A DNA stretch of 63,650 nucleotides, filler included, from Octopus bimaculoides (GCF_001194135.2; 8 parts of 8 records of this genome joined end to end with filler, not necessarily neighbours in it), one strand, 5' to 3'. Positions 26,477 to 41,069 are shown, counted from the first letter of the whole stretch. A program made the numbers and translations. The notes: generated by a model from the sequence alone, not told the origin.

Positions 26477-28139
26477 GTAAGATATTAACTGACAGAAGAT
26501 GAAAATAACGCAACAAAACATGATCATGATATTTTTTGTATTCCTGTTACAGTATTTTGTTATTGATTTTGCAGTTTTACAAATATATTTTCAGCAATTT
26601 CAAATTAGTTTTTTACACAACAGAATCTTAAAAGTAAAGGAGTTTCTTGTAATAGGTAATATAATAGCACTTAATGCTTATATAAGACACTAAAAACACT
26701 AACTGTATCAAATATGAGTGGTAATGGTAATAGCATCACTAGTACATGTAACAAATGAAAGCTAGCACTGATTTTGTTATGACATTTCATATCTGTGTAT
26801 GCCCAATGTAACCACCTGCCTTATTTTCTAAATTGGCTCATTAAATCTGCAAATGTCACTATCATATTACATCTTACATTGGAAAAATTTATGCAAGCTG
26901 CTAACAAAGACAGTTAAAGTGATGCAGTATGGTCACCTTCTTGTAAGTTACAAGTCCTTTGATTCATTGAAATATTGGGGCACTTCCAAAGACTCTATCT
27001 TTCTGTAATGTATCTTGAACAAAACACCTTGGCAAAACTCATTTCATATCTGCATAGAGGCACTAGACTCAGCAGTACTAACTAATGAGCTATTTACCAG
27101 TTTTACAGCTTTGCTACTGCACTAGACTTTCTAGTGACAGCATACTGATCAACCTTTTAGTGGGGTATTTGTTGCTTATTGATTCCACCATTGAACCACA
27201 CAAATTGGTAATTGGGAAAGCAGCTGATGCTTTTTGTAAAGAGTTTTCACTGATTAGGCAAATTAAAATTTCAATGTTTGAAACTTTCCAAAGGGTGCCT
27301 GCTGTATGAAGGACATATAAAGTGCAGGTTAACAAACTTATTTATTTCCACAAACACTTAAAGAAAATACCATTAAAATTTCCCCAAAACATAGATGACA
27401 ACTGAATACAGCAAGTAATGCATCAAAAGTAGAGTGAGATGGAAAAATAAATTGTATAGTGAGTTAGGGGTTTGAAACTATAACAGTTTAAGTTCTCAGT
27501 CATTGTTTAAACCAAAGATCCAACTTGCACTACTGGATTTCATTCCATTTGATGTTTGAGGTATCAAAAATTGGCTGCTTAATCAGCTGGAAAATTATTA
27601 CTGATATTAACCAAAGTTACAGTTGTATATTAATGCACATCAGATGTGACAATAATTTTGCAGTCATTTCCAAGCATTTTGCTTGTGGTCATTGCCACAT
27701 AAAATGTACCCAGTGCACTCTTTAAACTTTAAAGTGGTTGTCATTAGGAAGGGCATCCAGTCATAGAAACCATGTCAAAACAGATATTAGAGCTTGATGC
27801 AGTCCTCTGACTTACCAGTTCCTGTTGAACCATCCAAACCATGCCAGCATGGAAAACAAACAGTAAGTGCTACTGATGATAATAATGACTGTGATAATAT
27901 ATCTAGATATTCTTGATATATGTAAAATATGTGAACAAAATGCACAAATAACATGGGAGAGCCAACTCAGTTAAAAACAGTACAAGAGACCTAATTGCTC
28001 TTTTCTATTTCTAGTTTGGAATTTTTGTGATGCACAAATGTTTTTACATTTTGAATTATGCTGGATCCATTTCAAACAAGTTCCAAATCCAAGCCATTGA
28101 TTAAAAAAATATATTTTTGTGAAATATTGGAATTTACTA

Positions 28140-29426
28140 TTAGGTTGTCAAGAAATTTCTTGCGGTTTTTAACCTTTAAATTCAGATGCACATATCTCAG
28201 CTCAAACAAAACTTTATTAATCAAAATAAACACCATCAGAATCAACACACTTTTGCCAATGTGAAACAAGTTTATTTATGCCAGTAGTGTAAAAATCCTG
28301 CGTTCTGGTAGCGATAAAGTCGTTGAAGGCATGTTTGGCATCGTCTTGGTTTTTGAAGCATTTCTCACACAGGAAGTTGTCAAGATGCTTGAAAAAGTGG
28401 TAGTCAGTAGACAAGAGGTCTGGTGAGTATGGCTGATGAGGCAGATTTTTGTAGCCCAATTCATTTAACTTCTGCAAGGTCAGTTGTGCGATGTGCAGCT
28501 GAGCCTTGTCGTGGAGAAGAATTGGTCCTTTTCTATTGACCAATGCTGGCTGTTGTTGTCAGAGTTTCTTATGCATTTCATCCATTTGCTGACAGTACTT
28601 TTCCGCCATAATGGTTATGCCTGGATCCAAAAAGCTGTGATGGATGAGACAGGTCGCAGATCACCAAACAGTCACCATGAGTTTCTTTTGTGCAACTTTG
28701 GCTTTGGGAAGCGTCGTGGAGCTGCGTTGGCATCCAACCACTCAGCTGAATGTCTCCAGTTGTCATAAAGAATCCACTTTTCATCGCAAGTCACAATCCT
28801 GTCAAGAAACGGGTCATTCTTGTTGCATAAAAGAAGGGAAGACAATACTTCAAAACGGCGTCTTTTTTTGGTTGTCGTTCAATTCGTACAGCACCCATTT
28901 CTCAAGTATTTTTGTTTTTCCAATCTCTCTTAAGTGGTTGGAAATTGTCATATGCGTTATGTCTAATTCAGAAGCAAGCTCTCAAACAGTTGTGCGTCAA
29001 TTGGTTTCGACTAAGGCTCTTAGTTGATCGTTGTCAACATCTGATGGCCAACCACTACGCTTATCATCTTCAAGACTCTCGTCACTGCTACGAAATGTCT
29101 TGAACCACCATTGTGCTGTACGTTCATTAATGATTCCTGGGCCAAATGCATTGCTGATATCTCGAGCTGTTTCAGCAGCTTTTCGGTCTAGCTTGAACTG
29201 GAATAAGAAAATTGTGCAAATTTGCTTTTTATCCATGTTGTATTCAATGTTCCGGAAAAAAATGGTCTAATTATTCATAAAGAAAAAGAGTAACACAATT
29301 AGATAGAGTGAAAAACAGGCTTTAAAATGATATATAAAGTCAAAGTAATTTAACGAAAATTAATTTGAAAATACATTATTTAAAACCAAAATTAAAAATT
29401 CTGCAAGAACTTTCTTGACAACCTAA
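28140..29426 (-). mobile_element. Full-length (1287 bp) mariner (DD34D-type) with a frameshifted transposase
   Basis: TIRs ttaggttgtcaagaaa../..tttcttgacaacctaa with TA TSDs. N-terminus MDKKQICTIFLFQFKL..RSGWPS; C-terminus LLHDKA..PHQPYSPDL..DYHFF..WQKCVDSDGVYFD. Confidence 0.96.
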
Positions 29427-29919
29427 TATTATAAGCTCCAAGAGCTAACATGTCAAGGATTTGTAAAAAAAGATATGAAATTTAACAAAAATAAATAAAT
29501 AAATAAATCAGTCTGTAAATGTTGATAAACTCAATACATAATTCTCAAGTAAAAAGAAAATAATCAACTACTGAGTCATATTTAGACCTAATTGATTATC
29601 AATTTCCTTGCTTTCCATCCAACATCACACAGTCATATTATTATTGTTGTTATTTTAAAGTAATTTGATATGAGATCATGTGTTGAAACTGAAGTAATTA
29701 CATCCTGGAAAAGCCACTTAATTTTAAAGCTGTTAAATTCACTTTGTTTGTTATTTTCTTTCTCTGGCACACTTTGATTCTTTTACATTTCAATCACAGT
29801 CGATGTATTTTTTCTCATTATTTTTCTGCAGTTATCACTCTTGTAATAATGAAGCACCCCACTTTTATATGGCATAATATGTCTCTCCTTTTTCTTTTTT
29901 TTTTGAGTGTTAGGTGCAC

Positions 29920-32650
29920 CTTGCCACCCAGTTTAGCACCATCATCTGGCTTTAGGGTACCTTAAGTGGAATTTATCCCTTGTAAGTATTCAGACTAGGC
30001 CTCTGGCTTGGGGATTTCCATTCACCATCATCCTCTATGTTTCTCTATGATACCAAGTAAAAATAGATTCAACCTTCTGGCCAATTTCCTTCCTTTTCTC
30101 AAACATGTGAGAACTTCTCTCCAACCTAAATCCTACTCTCTCAGAGTTTCAAATTTCCTGGTCTAGATCTACAACCCATATCTGTTGTCTAGGATGTACT
30201 CTCTACTCCTCAAATTTCACTTCAAAAGGTGGTGTTGTACATATGTCAACTGTACACTATCTCTCTTATTTGAATTTCCTCAATAATGCCTTCCAGATAC
30301 TCTGACCCAAAGTCTCCCTCCCTTATTTCTTTATATATATATCTACTCTTCCTGTTGTTCTCTGATAATCTTAAATCACCTTCAACTCTAACCATAACTC
30401 TTCCTGCATTGAGAACATATATCTCACTTCTCTCCTTTCCAAAGTCATTGTCCTCAATACTCACATCATATGACTTTCATGCTCATCCCACACCAATGCT
30501 GCCAGTGCTGAAGCCAAATCCTTTACTATTTTCAGCTCTTTACACCAACTGACTTCACCTTCTAGACTGACACGCACAGACACCTCAAATACTCTTGACT
30601 TCTTTCTCAGTTAAAATCTTACATCTATTAAACTGTGTCTACCTCTTCACCTATTGGGTTATCTGACTCCTGCCTCATCATTGCATCTAAACGCACACTC
30701 AGATACTACACAGCTACCCCACTTCTCAGACTTATAGCACTTCAGGTCAACCACTTTTGTGCCAGTTATTCCTGATAGCACACGAACTTCACTCCTGACC
30801 CATCAGAAGTAACCTATTGAGCGACTAAAACCATTGTTTTAGGCATGTCATTCCACATATTCCATTTTAGGCATGTCCTTCCAGATAAACTCCAATGTCC
30901 CAAGTCCCCCTGAGTGGTTTACAGCTATCTGGACAAAATTCAAGGCCCATGGCTGAAAAATCATATCCACTTCCCAAATGTGGGTGCTGTTCACCCAGCA
31001 GTGCAACTCCTATGAGACATATATCCTATGTGCATAGGATGCATTCATGCATCATATAGCCCTCAAGCTTTCCTGCCTCCCAAATTACAGCTGATGCTTC
31101 TGTTCCCTTGCTAATAGAATCTCCATCAACTTTGCAGAGTACTCTTTTCTGCCTTTTCTAAACAGCAATGGTTCTGTTAGCAGTACAACCACAGGAGAAG
31201 CATCAATGTTCACTGCTCTCTTCCACCTTCTAGATGTCAGCGGCTTTGTTAGCAGTACAGTCTTGGAGAAAGTGTCCACGTCCACTACCTGTTTTGCATC
31301 TAAATCCTCACTACTATGGCTAATCAAATCTTTCCTCTTGCACTCTACCAGGCTCTCTACTTTGCCAAGTGCAGAAATACATCAGGTTGCTTCAAAACAA
31401 CAATAATTATGTCCTATCCATTACACTTGAACATTGTGCCTTATACTCTCCAAGTTCTTAAATCTTTCACTCTTTATGGAGATGTGCTCTCACATTTGGA
31501 AACACATTTTAGTGTGTCCCATTTCAAAGAAACATTTGTTGCGTAATGGAAACCACCATAAACAATGATTTTCTCCAACACCTTGAATTCTTCTCTCTCC
31601 TCTGTGACCACCAGTACAGCTTCCACAGAGCCACGCAGTGGGGGATCTTGCCTTCAAGAAGTTAGTTCAGTGAAAACAGTACTGTTGCCTTAGGCATCAG
31701 CAAAACTTCCTCTGTGTAAACTTCATCCATCTCTCATTTCTTGGATCAGTATCTTCCTATCAGAATGCACAGTTGCAGCATGTGTGGACAAGGTTCTTTT
31801 AACACCTTTCTCAATCAACTTTTGTATTTTCTGGGGTTTGGTTTTGTTTTCACTCTCTTCCTTTTATATATCAATGACCTATTTGCTGCTACATCATACA
31901 TTGCCCACTCTTATGCAACCTAGGTACCACATGCCAAACCTGCATTGATTCCATGAACGGTGACCTTGAGAATATACTCCAGTAGAGCCATGCAAATCTT
32001 GATTCATCTCTTTAGCAATAAAAAAGAAACTCAAGCTTTGTTTATATTCAGAAAATATTACTTCTTCCTCTACCCCAACCCCTGTATGCAGAAAAGGCAC
32101 AGACACACTCTGCTACAGTATACAAGGTCACTCCAAATGATGAGTTCTACTAACAGTAGGAATCTCTCTTGTTGAAAGCACATCTTTGACAAAGCTAAGG
32201 CCATCCCATTGACCAGCCCTTCTCTTCAGAGCCAGGACATATCTTAATCCTCAACTGTTAATGATACTATACAAGGCTCGAGTGAATCTCACAAATGAAG
32301 TACCACATAAACTAATGGGACAGTGCTGTTACTTTACACACACACACACACATTTTGACCTACATCCAGAGAAGAGTCATATCTTTAATGGGCAGTCTCC
32401 AGTCACAGGTTCACAGGCATACTCTCTCCTCTGTGTCTTTTGTGTCACTTCTCTGTTCTTCAGAACTGGTTGGTCTCATCTCTCCTTCATTCAGGCACAC
32501 CCATTCATCTCTTTGCCTTTTGTCATTCATGTTGCATTCAAACTCCACTGACCTTACACTAACCGCTATAACCAACTCTTCCTCCTCAAAACCTTAGCCC
32601 TTTGGAATCTTTTTCCTAGTTGCTAACCTGAAACAAAAGTTAACAACATC
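29920..32650 (+). mobile_element. Heavily decayed CR1/L2-superfamily LINE (APE + RT remnants)
   Basis: YDFHAH (GDFNAH-like) at ~30470; TLFLLYINDL...HSYA at ~31850-31915; ILYKA.. and CSSELVGLISP in the C-terminal part. Confidence 0.75.
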
Positions 32651-32789
32651 AAGTCTTGGAGGTCCTACAAAGGTCATAAGTGCTTCTCCTTCTTCTAGAT
32701 TCAGTAAATACAAAAAGGTAAAAAATAAAATTAAAAAACACTTAAGGAAAAGGTTTTAGTAATGACAAAACGATAGAGAATTTTAAAAA

Positions 32790-33500
32790 ACCAAAAGTCA
32801 AAGTCTATTGGAATTCCAAAAATATACTAAAGATAAAATGAGAGAAAACCACTTTGTGGGCTATATTTGGCATGGCTCAACCAGAAGTGAAGTAAGGTAC
32901 AGTTAGAAACCAACAATGGCTCAAAAGTTCTGGGTTAAAAGTAGAAACAGAAGGTCTGATTTTAGCTGCAAAATAATTACAAAAATCAGAGTGATGAAAA
33001 AAAAATTGACATCATGTGCAGCCTAGCAATCACTGAGACAATTGGCCACATCATTTCTGGTTATCCAGTTCTTGCCAAGTACAGTTATATCCATAAACAT
33101 GATCAAAATGGTTATATGCTGACACTTAATGAAAATGAGTAAGCAGTGATATAAACATGTGCCAAATATGGCACATTAATAACAGCTTGGCCATAATCTC
33201 TGACATGCCTTTTTAAAACTGACAACATCAAAACAAACTATGGAGATATAATTATCAAAGACAAAAAAAACATCTGGAACTACATGAAGAGACTATCAAA
33301 ATACAAGATTTTAAAATTGAAATAAGTAGGATGTGGAGTAGGGAATTGAAAGCAGTACCAATTCTTGAAGTATTATATATTATAAAGAATATTAACAAAA
33401 TTTTAAAACCATACGAGGGCACACAAATTAAAACACTACCCAAAAGATAGCACTATTTGACTCAGCCCATATGCAAGATACTTTTAATTCAATTGCTACT
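32790..33500 (+). mobile_element. R4/Dong-clade fragment (CCHC and RLE region)
   Basis: QQWLKSSGLKVETEGLILAA, ETIGHIISGYPVLAK..HKHD, IEISRMW..VP. Confidence 0.75.
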
Positions 33501-33629
33501 AAATACCACACTCAGCGCATAACTTATCTAATCACTGCCTGATAAAATAACATACTTTACAGAATAACCACCAAAATTATTGTTGTTGATGATGATGATG
33601 AAGATTAATGACCACATTTTTTTTTGCAG

Positions 33630-33757
33630 CTTTCTTTAATTGTGGATGGAAAACAGTTCAACTTTGTTCCACTTGAACTTGATAGTGATAAATTTAATTA
33701 CCTGATCACCCACATAGGAGTCTCTCTACAGAGTGTCTTTCCTGGTGTTCCTTTAGA
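33630..33757 (+). CDS. CARMIL: CARMIL-family exon, LSLIVDGKQFNFVPLELDSDKFNYLITHIGVSLQSVFPGVPL(E)
   Basis: ttttttttgcag acceptor and GA|gtaagt donor; 128 nt, phase 0-2. C-terminal half matches CARMIL1 VLAHIGTCLRKIFPGLSP. Confidence 0.9.
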
Positions 33758-34213
33758 GTAAGTAGCTAACATTTATATACTTTGACTTCTTTGTTTTACT
33801 CTTTCTAGAATCCAAATAAATTGGCATTCAAACAAGGATACTTATAACAAGTAATCCTTATATATCTGGCGTTGCACAATGAGCAAACACTCCACACATA
33901 TTCATAAACAAATTTGAGCATGTGTGGGGAGAATACAATTTTGTATGTATCTAATTTAATGCCCTCAGCTTTCTGTGTTAGTTAATTTTCATTCTCATAT
34001 TGTAGCATTGGTATATTATATGTCAAGTCTCAAAATATTTTTATATTTTGACTGAATTCATGAATAGTTGTCAGTTGGTTTTCTAGCTGCATATTGCTCC
34101 CCTATAAATGGATTTAAGATATAGAGATGATTCAAATCTGTTAGAATGTATTAAGAATTATTATGTACATCATTGTTTGGATTCTCACTGTTTTATGAGC
34201 ATATGACGATTTA

Positions 34214-35404
34214 TGAGGTGCATTCCAGAAATTTAAAAACTTTTTAAGGAGATTATTCTAATTTTATGACGTCCTAGATTATTGTAATTTTAGTGTAACA
34301 TTACCATACATCTATATTCCAGATTGAAGGAGAGAGCTGTAATAGCACTTTGAACACACCCTACTAAACACTGCTTGTCACAGCTGACTAGTTTGTAGAA
34401 TGTAATTGGAACATGAAAACAATTTGGAAGCTCATTATGCTACAGAGTTTTGTGGTAAAGTTTTTTGCTTGCGCAAGAGGGTCAAGGAGGTGAGAGACAA
34501 TAAGAGTTGTGGGAGGGAGAGGGATGTCAGAACATTAGAGGTGGTTTAGAGAATTCACAGTTTTATGGATGAAGACCTATGTGTGTCCATTAAAGGCAAT
34601 AAGGATACAGTCTGGAGTTGGTGTAGCAACTATACATAGAATTATTCACGAAGTTCTAAATGTGTGCAAAGTTTGTTCCCAGGGTGCTCAGTGATGAACA
34701 GAAGGAAAGACATGTTGGTGACAGTAAGAGATGGTTGGGCTTATTAACTTCAATCCAAGACTACTTGAGTCTCTGGTGACCTGTTTTGAAAGCTAGATCT
34801 ACTGTTATGATTTAGAGACCAAGAGATGGAGTGTCCAATAGAAGCATCCTGTCTCTCCCACACCGATGAAGGCCAGTCAAAGCAAGTTCACCAGGAAGAT
34901 CATGAATGTCTTCTTTATGTATAGTAAGGGCATCATCTACATCCAATGGGTTACCTTTGATCAGACTACCAACAAAGAGTACTTTGTGGAGGTTTTGAGG
35001 GAGTTCAGGAAGATTTTTCATTGAAAAAGATCAGAGTTCTTTTATTCAAATCAGTGGTATCTACACCAGGACAGTGCACAGGTCCTCAATTCTATCCTGG
35101 TGATCAACTACTTGACAGAAATGGGCATCAAAATTGTCCCTCACCCTCCCTGCAGTTCAGACCCAACTTCCTGTAACTTTTGTTTGTTCCCCAAGGTGAA
35201 GGAGAACCTCAGGCAGTCATTTTGAAGACATTGAGAAGATGAAAGGAGCTGTGACAAGGGTCATGGACTTCCATGGGACTTGAAGTGGCTGGAGCATTAC
35301 AAGTTCATCAAAGTCAGAGGATCCTATTTTGAAGGAGATTAGAGTCTTGTACTTCTTTGAAATTAATAAATGTCTCTTGAAAAAGTTTCAAAACTTTTGG
35401 AATG
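34214..35404 (+). mobile_element. Internally rearranged mariner remnant
   Basis: Degenerate TIRs (cattccagaaatttaaaaacttttt vs aaaaagtttcaaaacttttggaatg). Catalytic region at 34860-35340 (YLHQDSA..IKIVPHPPCSSDP..FCLFPKVK). Confidence 0.8.
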
Positions 35405-35539
35405 AAATTGGCAGACATCTGCATGCATCAGCAAATTGTTTATTGATCTCTATACACAAAAATGACTATTTTTGTTTAATTAAATTTTGATTGAAGAGAC
35501 ACAATCAGGTCAAAGCGCCAATGAATTGAGTGTGTTGTC

Positions 35540-35870
35540 AGTGGCTTCTGATCTTAACTGATTTGAAGTGTTGTCATGTACATGTTTTGTCTTAGTATAA
35601 AAGATGAGCTACACCAAATATTCTGCTCAATACCAGATTTACTTGTCAGTTGTTTGGCTTTAATTAGTTGGACATATCCCTTGGTTGCTGACAATACATG
35701 ATCATGAGCAGAAATAGTGGGAGAGCATCATAGCCATGTGTTGGGAAGAATTCTTTGGGGTTTGAATAATTCACCTCTAGAAACATGGGTGTTTCGTACA
35801 TCATCCTTAAACAACCCTTAATCAGGGACTATCCAACCTGAAGAAAATTCTGAGCCCCACCTGCAAGTGA
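35540..35870 (+). mobile_element. Interspersed repeat family E (also ~48870-49375 + and ~47350-47475 -)
   Basis: Clear similarity to 48870-49215 (gtataaaagatg..ctgctcaatacca..gagcatcatagccat..gagccccacctgcaag). Confidence 0.8.
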
Positions 35871-36375
35871 TAAATATTGTCATTCAAGTAGCTTAGTAAT
35901 ATTACTTACCCAGGAGCTCAATATATTGGTTAATATAGCATGCTTATTCATTTAATAAGAACGGGAGTTATAAAAATATTTTGCCGAGGTGAAAGAAAAC
36001 AGAAATTTTGAATTGCATTCATATCTATATCTGATATCTTACACATAATGTAGTTGGTAAAAAAATGATATCATCATAAACTGTTTTTTATGAAGGCTGC
36101 ATGACTAATGGAAAAATAAGCACTGATATAAAGACCATGAATCAGCAGTTTATTGAGGGGTATTCTTGTTAATGATAATGATTATTATTTTATTATTCTG
36201 CTTGTTCCTGCATTTCTGCCAGCTTTCTCCATGTGTTATACTTATGTCAAGAGAGGTTCTAACTTGAATGCAGAAATATATATTGGGAGGGAGGAAGGGG
36301 AGAAAAGGAGGTAAAGAAAGAACTGAAATGGGAGTAGCTGAATCAGTGGGGAGAGAGAGAGAGAGAGTGTCCAAC

Positions 36376-36917
36376 AAAAATTTCTACATCGCAAGTTATT
36401 TCATGTTAAAGTTGTTGTATTTCGCTAATTTCAACCAATCACTGATGTCTATTCAGCTGAATACAGTTACTGCTGTTTTTGTACACAATAATTTTTGCCG
36501 GTGTCAAAATCGTTATTCCCTGTTAATTATATCGTTATTCCCTAGTAAAGGTTTAGGGTTCGGGTTTTAGGGTTAGGGTTATGAGTCATAGGGTGTTAGG
36601 GTTAGGGTTATGAGTTAGGTTATGGCAAAAATAATCATAACCCTAACCCTAAAACTAACCCTAACTCTAAAACCCTAAAGCTAAAACCAGTACAAACGCA
36701 TGAACGATGTTATAAATAACAGTACCGCCGATAGTAGTTGTTGACAAACAACGGCACTAATTTCATTCAAGGGAAAAGATTCCATTACACCGCTAGAATA
36801 TGTTGTTTATATTTCATAGCAGTAATTGTTTTCACCTCAATAGATGTCAGTGATTGGTTGAAATTACCGAAATACGACAATTTTTTACATGAAATAAATT
36901 CGAATACAAAAATTTTT
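36376..36917. mobile_element. MITE/foldback-like element with ~105-bp inverted arms and a telomere-like core
   Basis: ~36376-36480 is the reverse complement of ~36805-36917 (gtatttcgStaatttcaaccaatcactgaYRtctatt). The core has 5 TTAGGG followed by 4 CCCTAA. Confidence 0.85.
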
Positions 36918-38262
36918 ATCTGTTCTATAACACAAAATATACAAGTATACGAAGTTTGAAAGTGTTTCGGTATCAAAAACACTACATAAAACATAAATGA
37001 AAAGTGGTGCCCGTCAATTCAGAAAGATCCCAAAATTTGAATTATTTAAAAATATTTTTCAGTTTTTTTGAGTTTATTTGTAATATGAATGAACTGTTGT
37101 TACTTTAACATTCATAAAATTAATGGTGTTTGATTTGTTGATGTGTTTATAAAAAAATCGTAAATGTGGAAACTGAGAAAACATTGCTCACAAAAGACTA
37201 TGTGTCTATAAAGCTGAGTAATAGACTCAAAAGTTCAATTTATCTTCATGCATTAATTTTATGTTGTCTGTTTAGGTACATTTACCATAACACTATCTTG
37301 GTGGCATAACCATATCATGTCTTAACTCTATTAAACAACTAACTGACAATGAAAGCCCATGTTCATACTTTGGTTAATGGATACCTAAATTTGTTTTGTT
37401 GAGAAACTCCTGGTGCTGAAATTTTGTGAATATTAATAGAATGGCCTTTTGGATTGCTATCCCAGATATTTTGAAGAGTTTGCTCTGAACTATAGATCAT
37501 TTGTATAATTTAAGGATATGGGTTACGAGTGTATTGCTCAAACATGCTCTCCTGACAACTGAAAAGTTTAGTGTGTGTTAATCTAAGCACTTCAAGCCAA
37601 TAAGATTTCTAATTTTAGTATTGTTACTTCTTATAGTTGTAGATTATACCTCCTTGTTATACTTGATCCTTTGAAAATTAATTGTCTTGGCCTGAGGGGT
37701 CTCTGTCTTCCAGATGCTAGTGCTACATAAAATGCACTTATGCCAGTGCCACATAAAATGTAATCATACCAGTGCTACATAAATGCATCCATGTTGGTGG
37801 CACGTAAAAAGCAACCAGCACATTCTGTAAAGTGGTTGGTGTTAGGGAGGGCATCCAGCCTTAGAAGCCATGTCAAAACATAGAATGAGAGCCTGGACAG
37901 CTCTCCAGTTGACCAGCTCATGTCAAACTGTCCAACCCATGCCAGCATAAAAAATCGGTTGTTAAATGATGGCAGTGGCAGATGCTGCTGCCACTGCTGC
38001 TACCAGTGATGCTACTGGTGTCACTGCTGCTGCTGACAAGATAAAACCAGCCAACTTTTGGAACAGTTGCCTGATACCCTGCAAATTCTGCCTTTACATC
38101 TTTTAAATACCCAATTGTTTAGTAATAATGACTATTTGAAATGTAAGTATGCAATATTCATAAATGAAAGTATGAGTTACACTACATTATATAGAAGTAT
38201 GGCTTGTTTTCAGTATAATGCATTTCATTGAGAATAATATGCTTATCTTTTATTTTGTTCAG

Positions 38263-38431
38263 ACGCTTGATAAAAAAGATTGATGTCATTCCACCAGAAC
38301 GGTTGAATCTGATGCACAACATGATCAAGGACAAAGCAAAGAAGGATCCTGGTCCATGTGGAGGGTTTTCTCATATGTATGCTTCTATGTGTGACTATCA
38401 TCATCTTCCATATCGAGATGAAGTTGCTTGG
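38263..38431 (+). CDS. CARMIL: CARMIL-family exon, RLIKKIDVIPPERL...GPCGGFSHMYASMCDYHHLPYRDEVAW
   Basis: ttttattttgttcag acceptor and TGG|gtatgt donor; 169 nt, phase 2-0. GPCGGFSxMYAxxCD...YRxEVxW is the CARMIL signature (human [27 protein letters not shown]). Confidence 0.96.
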
Positions 38432-38952
38432 GTATGTCTAATTAATCCCTTTATCTCTCTTAGACTTAATCGTTACTATTATCATTGGAAACAGTTTTTA
38501 TGCAATACAGACTGCAATGTTGAAGCTTTGTGATATTACAGTGCCTTTTACCATTTGAATAAGGTGTATTATAATAGCATGTTATTATACAGTCCTATAT
38601 GTAATAGTTATAATATTTTTACGCTTGATATTGATCTTAGTTTATGTCTAAGTGCTGTAGCTCAAGCTAGTATTTTAGTATTTCTACTAACTATTTGGCT
38701 TGTCTCTTTCATAAGGTTTTACTCTGACACTACCTAGAAGAATAAAAAAAAAAATCTTATCTATTTATCCCATGACTCAAGATGGATTTCCTTCTTTTAG
38801 TAACTCCATTTGTCTAATTGCAAGAAAAGATGTGTGGTGATGGGAAGCCTTTCAAATTGTAATTCTAATTGGTGTTAAACCAAGTGACTGATCAAATCTC
38901 TCTTGAACATACTTCTAAAAATAAATTAAAGGTGGAGAAATATCCATATTTC

Positions 38953-39090
<138 letters not shown>

Positions 39091-40429
39091 TTGAAGTGTT
39101 GAACACTTTCAGAAATTCATGCTAACCAACCAGTAACTTACTAAAATATGACTTATTACTCTGACATATTTTTCAGCAATGGAAAACAAGCTGGGTTTAT
39201 TCTGCTGAAGGCTCAGCCTTCCATTAATAGATTCATTCTTCTAAGAACTAAAGTTAGAGTTGGAGTTTCGATTTCTCTTCTGAACTAATCTTTTTACATT
39301 TTCTTAAACTTCAGCTTCCCTCAGGCATAAATATTTTTCTAATAAAATTCTTTACTAGTGAAGTTCTTTTTCTTGTAAGAGCAGATGCCACTCGAGTTAC
39401 CTCTGCTTACATTGCAAATATTGATTTTCAAATGTTTGAGTTCGCTATCAACAACATCAATCTCACTTGTATGAAAGAGCCTGCAAAGGTCATAGGCACT
39501 GAGCATCTTACTTTGACATACTTATTGACAGAAATAACTTTTTCACACAGAACTGTATGAAATTGTTATATTTATAATTTCCTGACGTAAATGATTTAGT
39601 AAGCTAAATTATTCTTTGAGGTTGTAAAGAAACCATCTAAGATGATGTCTTCAGTTGAAAAATCAGTTGCTTGAGGTTTTTACTGTTTTTACATCTTCTT
39701 ACTGCTACTATTTTACTTTGTTGACATTTCTTTTCTGAACACTTGTTTAAAACTCAATTTCTTGGGCTCTGTGTGATTAGTTTTCTGTAGTGTTCTTTTG
39801 TTATATGATATATAGTATATGGTTTGTTGCTGCAAATTTCTGTTTGGGCTCCCAGAATTATTCAGATAGGTATATGATGTGCAGTGCTAGGTCAGTCTTG
39901 ATTAAACAAATCAATGACCAGTGGTATTCCAACTATAACCATCTTGTCATTTTAGGGGTATTTAAAACTATATTAACCAATGTGACTATCCTTATTTAAG
40001 ACAACAAAATTTGATGAAATTTTAGCTATTTCAAGAAGGTTAATTGACTAAAGAAACCTTTTTTGATGGCTTGTTAAGTACTTGTTATATGCTGTGGGTT
40101 GATTTGATTATTATATCCTCTATCTTGCAAGTCCCTTATGCAAAGTCTGATGTTGGTGACTTATTTATATTTTGTTTATTTACGTTCCATGAAAGCTATT
40201 AAAATAATTAAGCCTAATTCTTGATGGAACCAATTTACTTTCACAACTACAATATTCAATTATTCCCAGTTAATCAAACTTCCTTAATGTTTTGTTACAT
40301 ATTCTATTATCAGTAACATGCCAACTTGTCCATAAATATTACATGTCTTAAGTTTTGAACATTTCTTTTCATATGCCTTATATTGTTGATTCATTTTTTA
40401 ATACATTTTTCTCTTGCCTTCTGTTATAC

Positions 40430-40639
40430 TCTTTTACTCTTTTACTTGTTTCAGTCATTTGACTGCGGCCATGCTGGAGCACCACCTTTAGTCGAGCAAA
40501 TCGACCCTAGGACTTATTCTTTGGATGCCTAGTACTTATTCTATCGGTCACTTTTGCCGAACCGCTAAGTTACGGGCACATAAACACACCAGCATTGGTT
40601 GTCAAGTAATGTTGGGGGGACAAACACAGACACACAAAC

Positions 40640-40670
<31 letters not shown>

Positions 40671-40750
40671 CATATATACAACGGGCTTCTTTCAGTTTCC
40701 GTCTACCAAATCCACTCACAAGGCTTTAGTCGGCCCGAGGCTATAGTAGT
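40430..40750 (-). mobile_element. SINE family A, relatively intact copy
   Basis: Reverse complement of the 48487-48845 consensus; CpGs retained. Confidence 0.9.
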
Positions 40751-41069
40751 TAATTTTTTAATATTTTTTAAAATAATTTTTTATTAGTTTTTTTTACTCT
40801 GTTGACACAATCTATTTAACATGTAGAAGTGCAGGTGGATGAAATTATTAGGTATCATATTAACAATTGAAGAATCAACAAGCTGTGTCTGTCTCCTGCA
40901 TTTCACTTTACTCTTGACCAAGACACTAGTATATTTCTGGTCTAATTTACTAATGTCGACAATTGCAGCATGGAAGGTGTTTATAAGCCATTTAAAATAA
41001 CACACAAAAACCATTAGATTCACTTCAACATTTAAATTTAATTTGTCAAAATATTTTCGTCGCTTTGAG

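Noticed and set aside
36548-36690. True chromosome end-to-end fusion site
   Set aside because: Very short array enclosed by non-telomeric inverted arms inside a gene intron; a foldback element is the simpler explanation.
39375-39560. ~60-codon open stretch (RADATRVTSAY...) inside a CARMIL intron
   Set aside because: No similarity to CARMIL and a poor donor; the flanking exons already join in frame.
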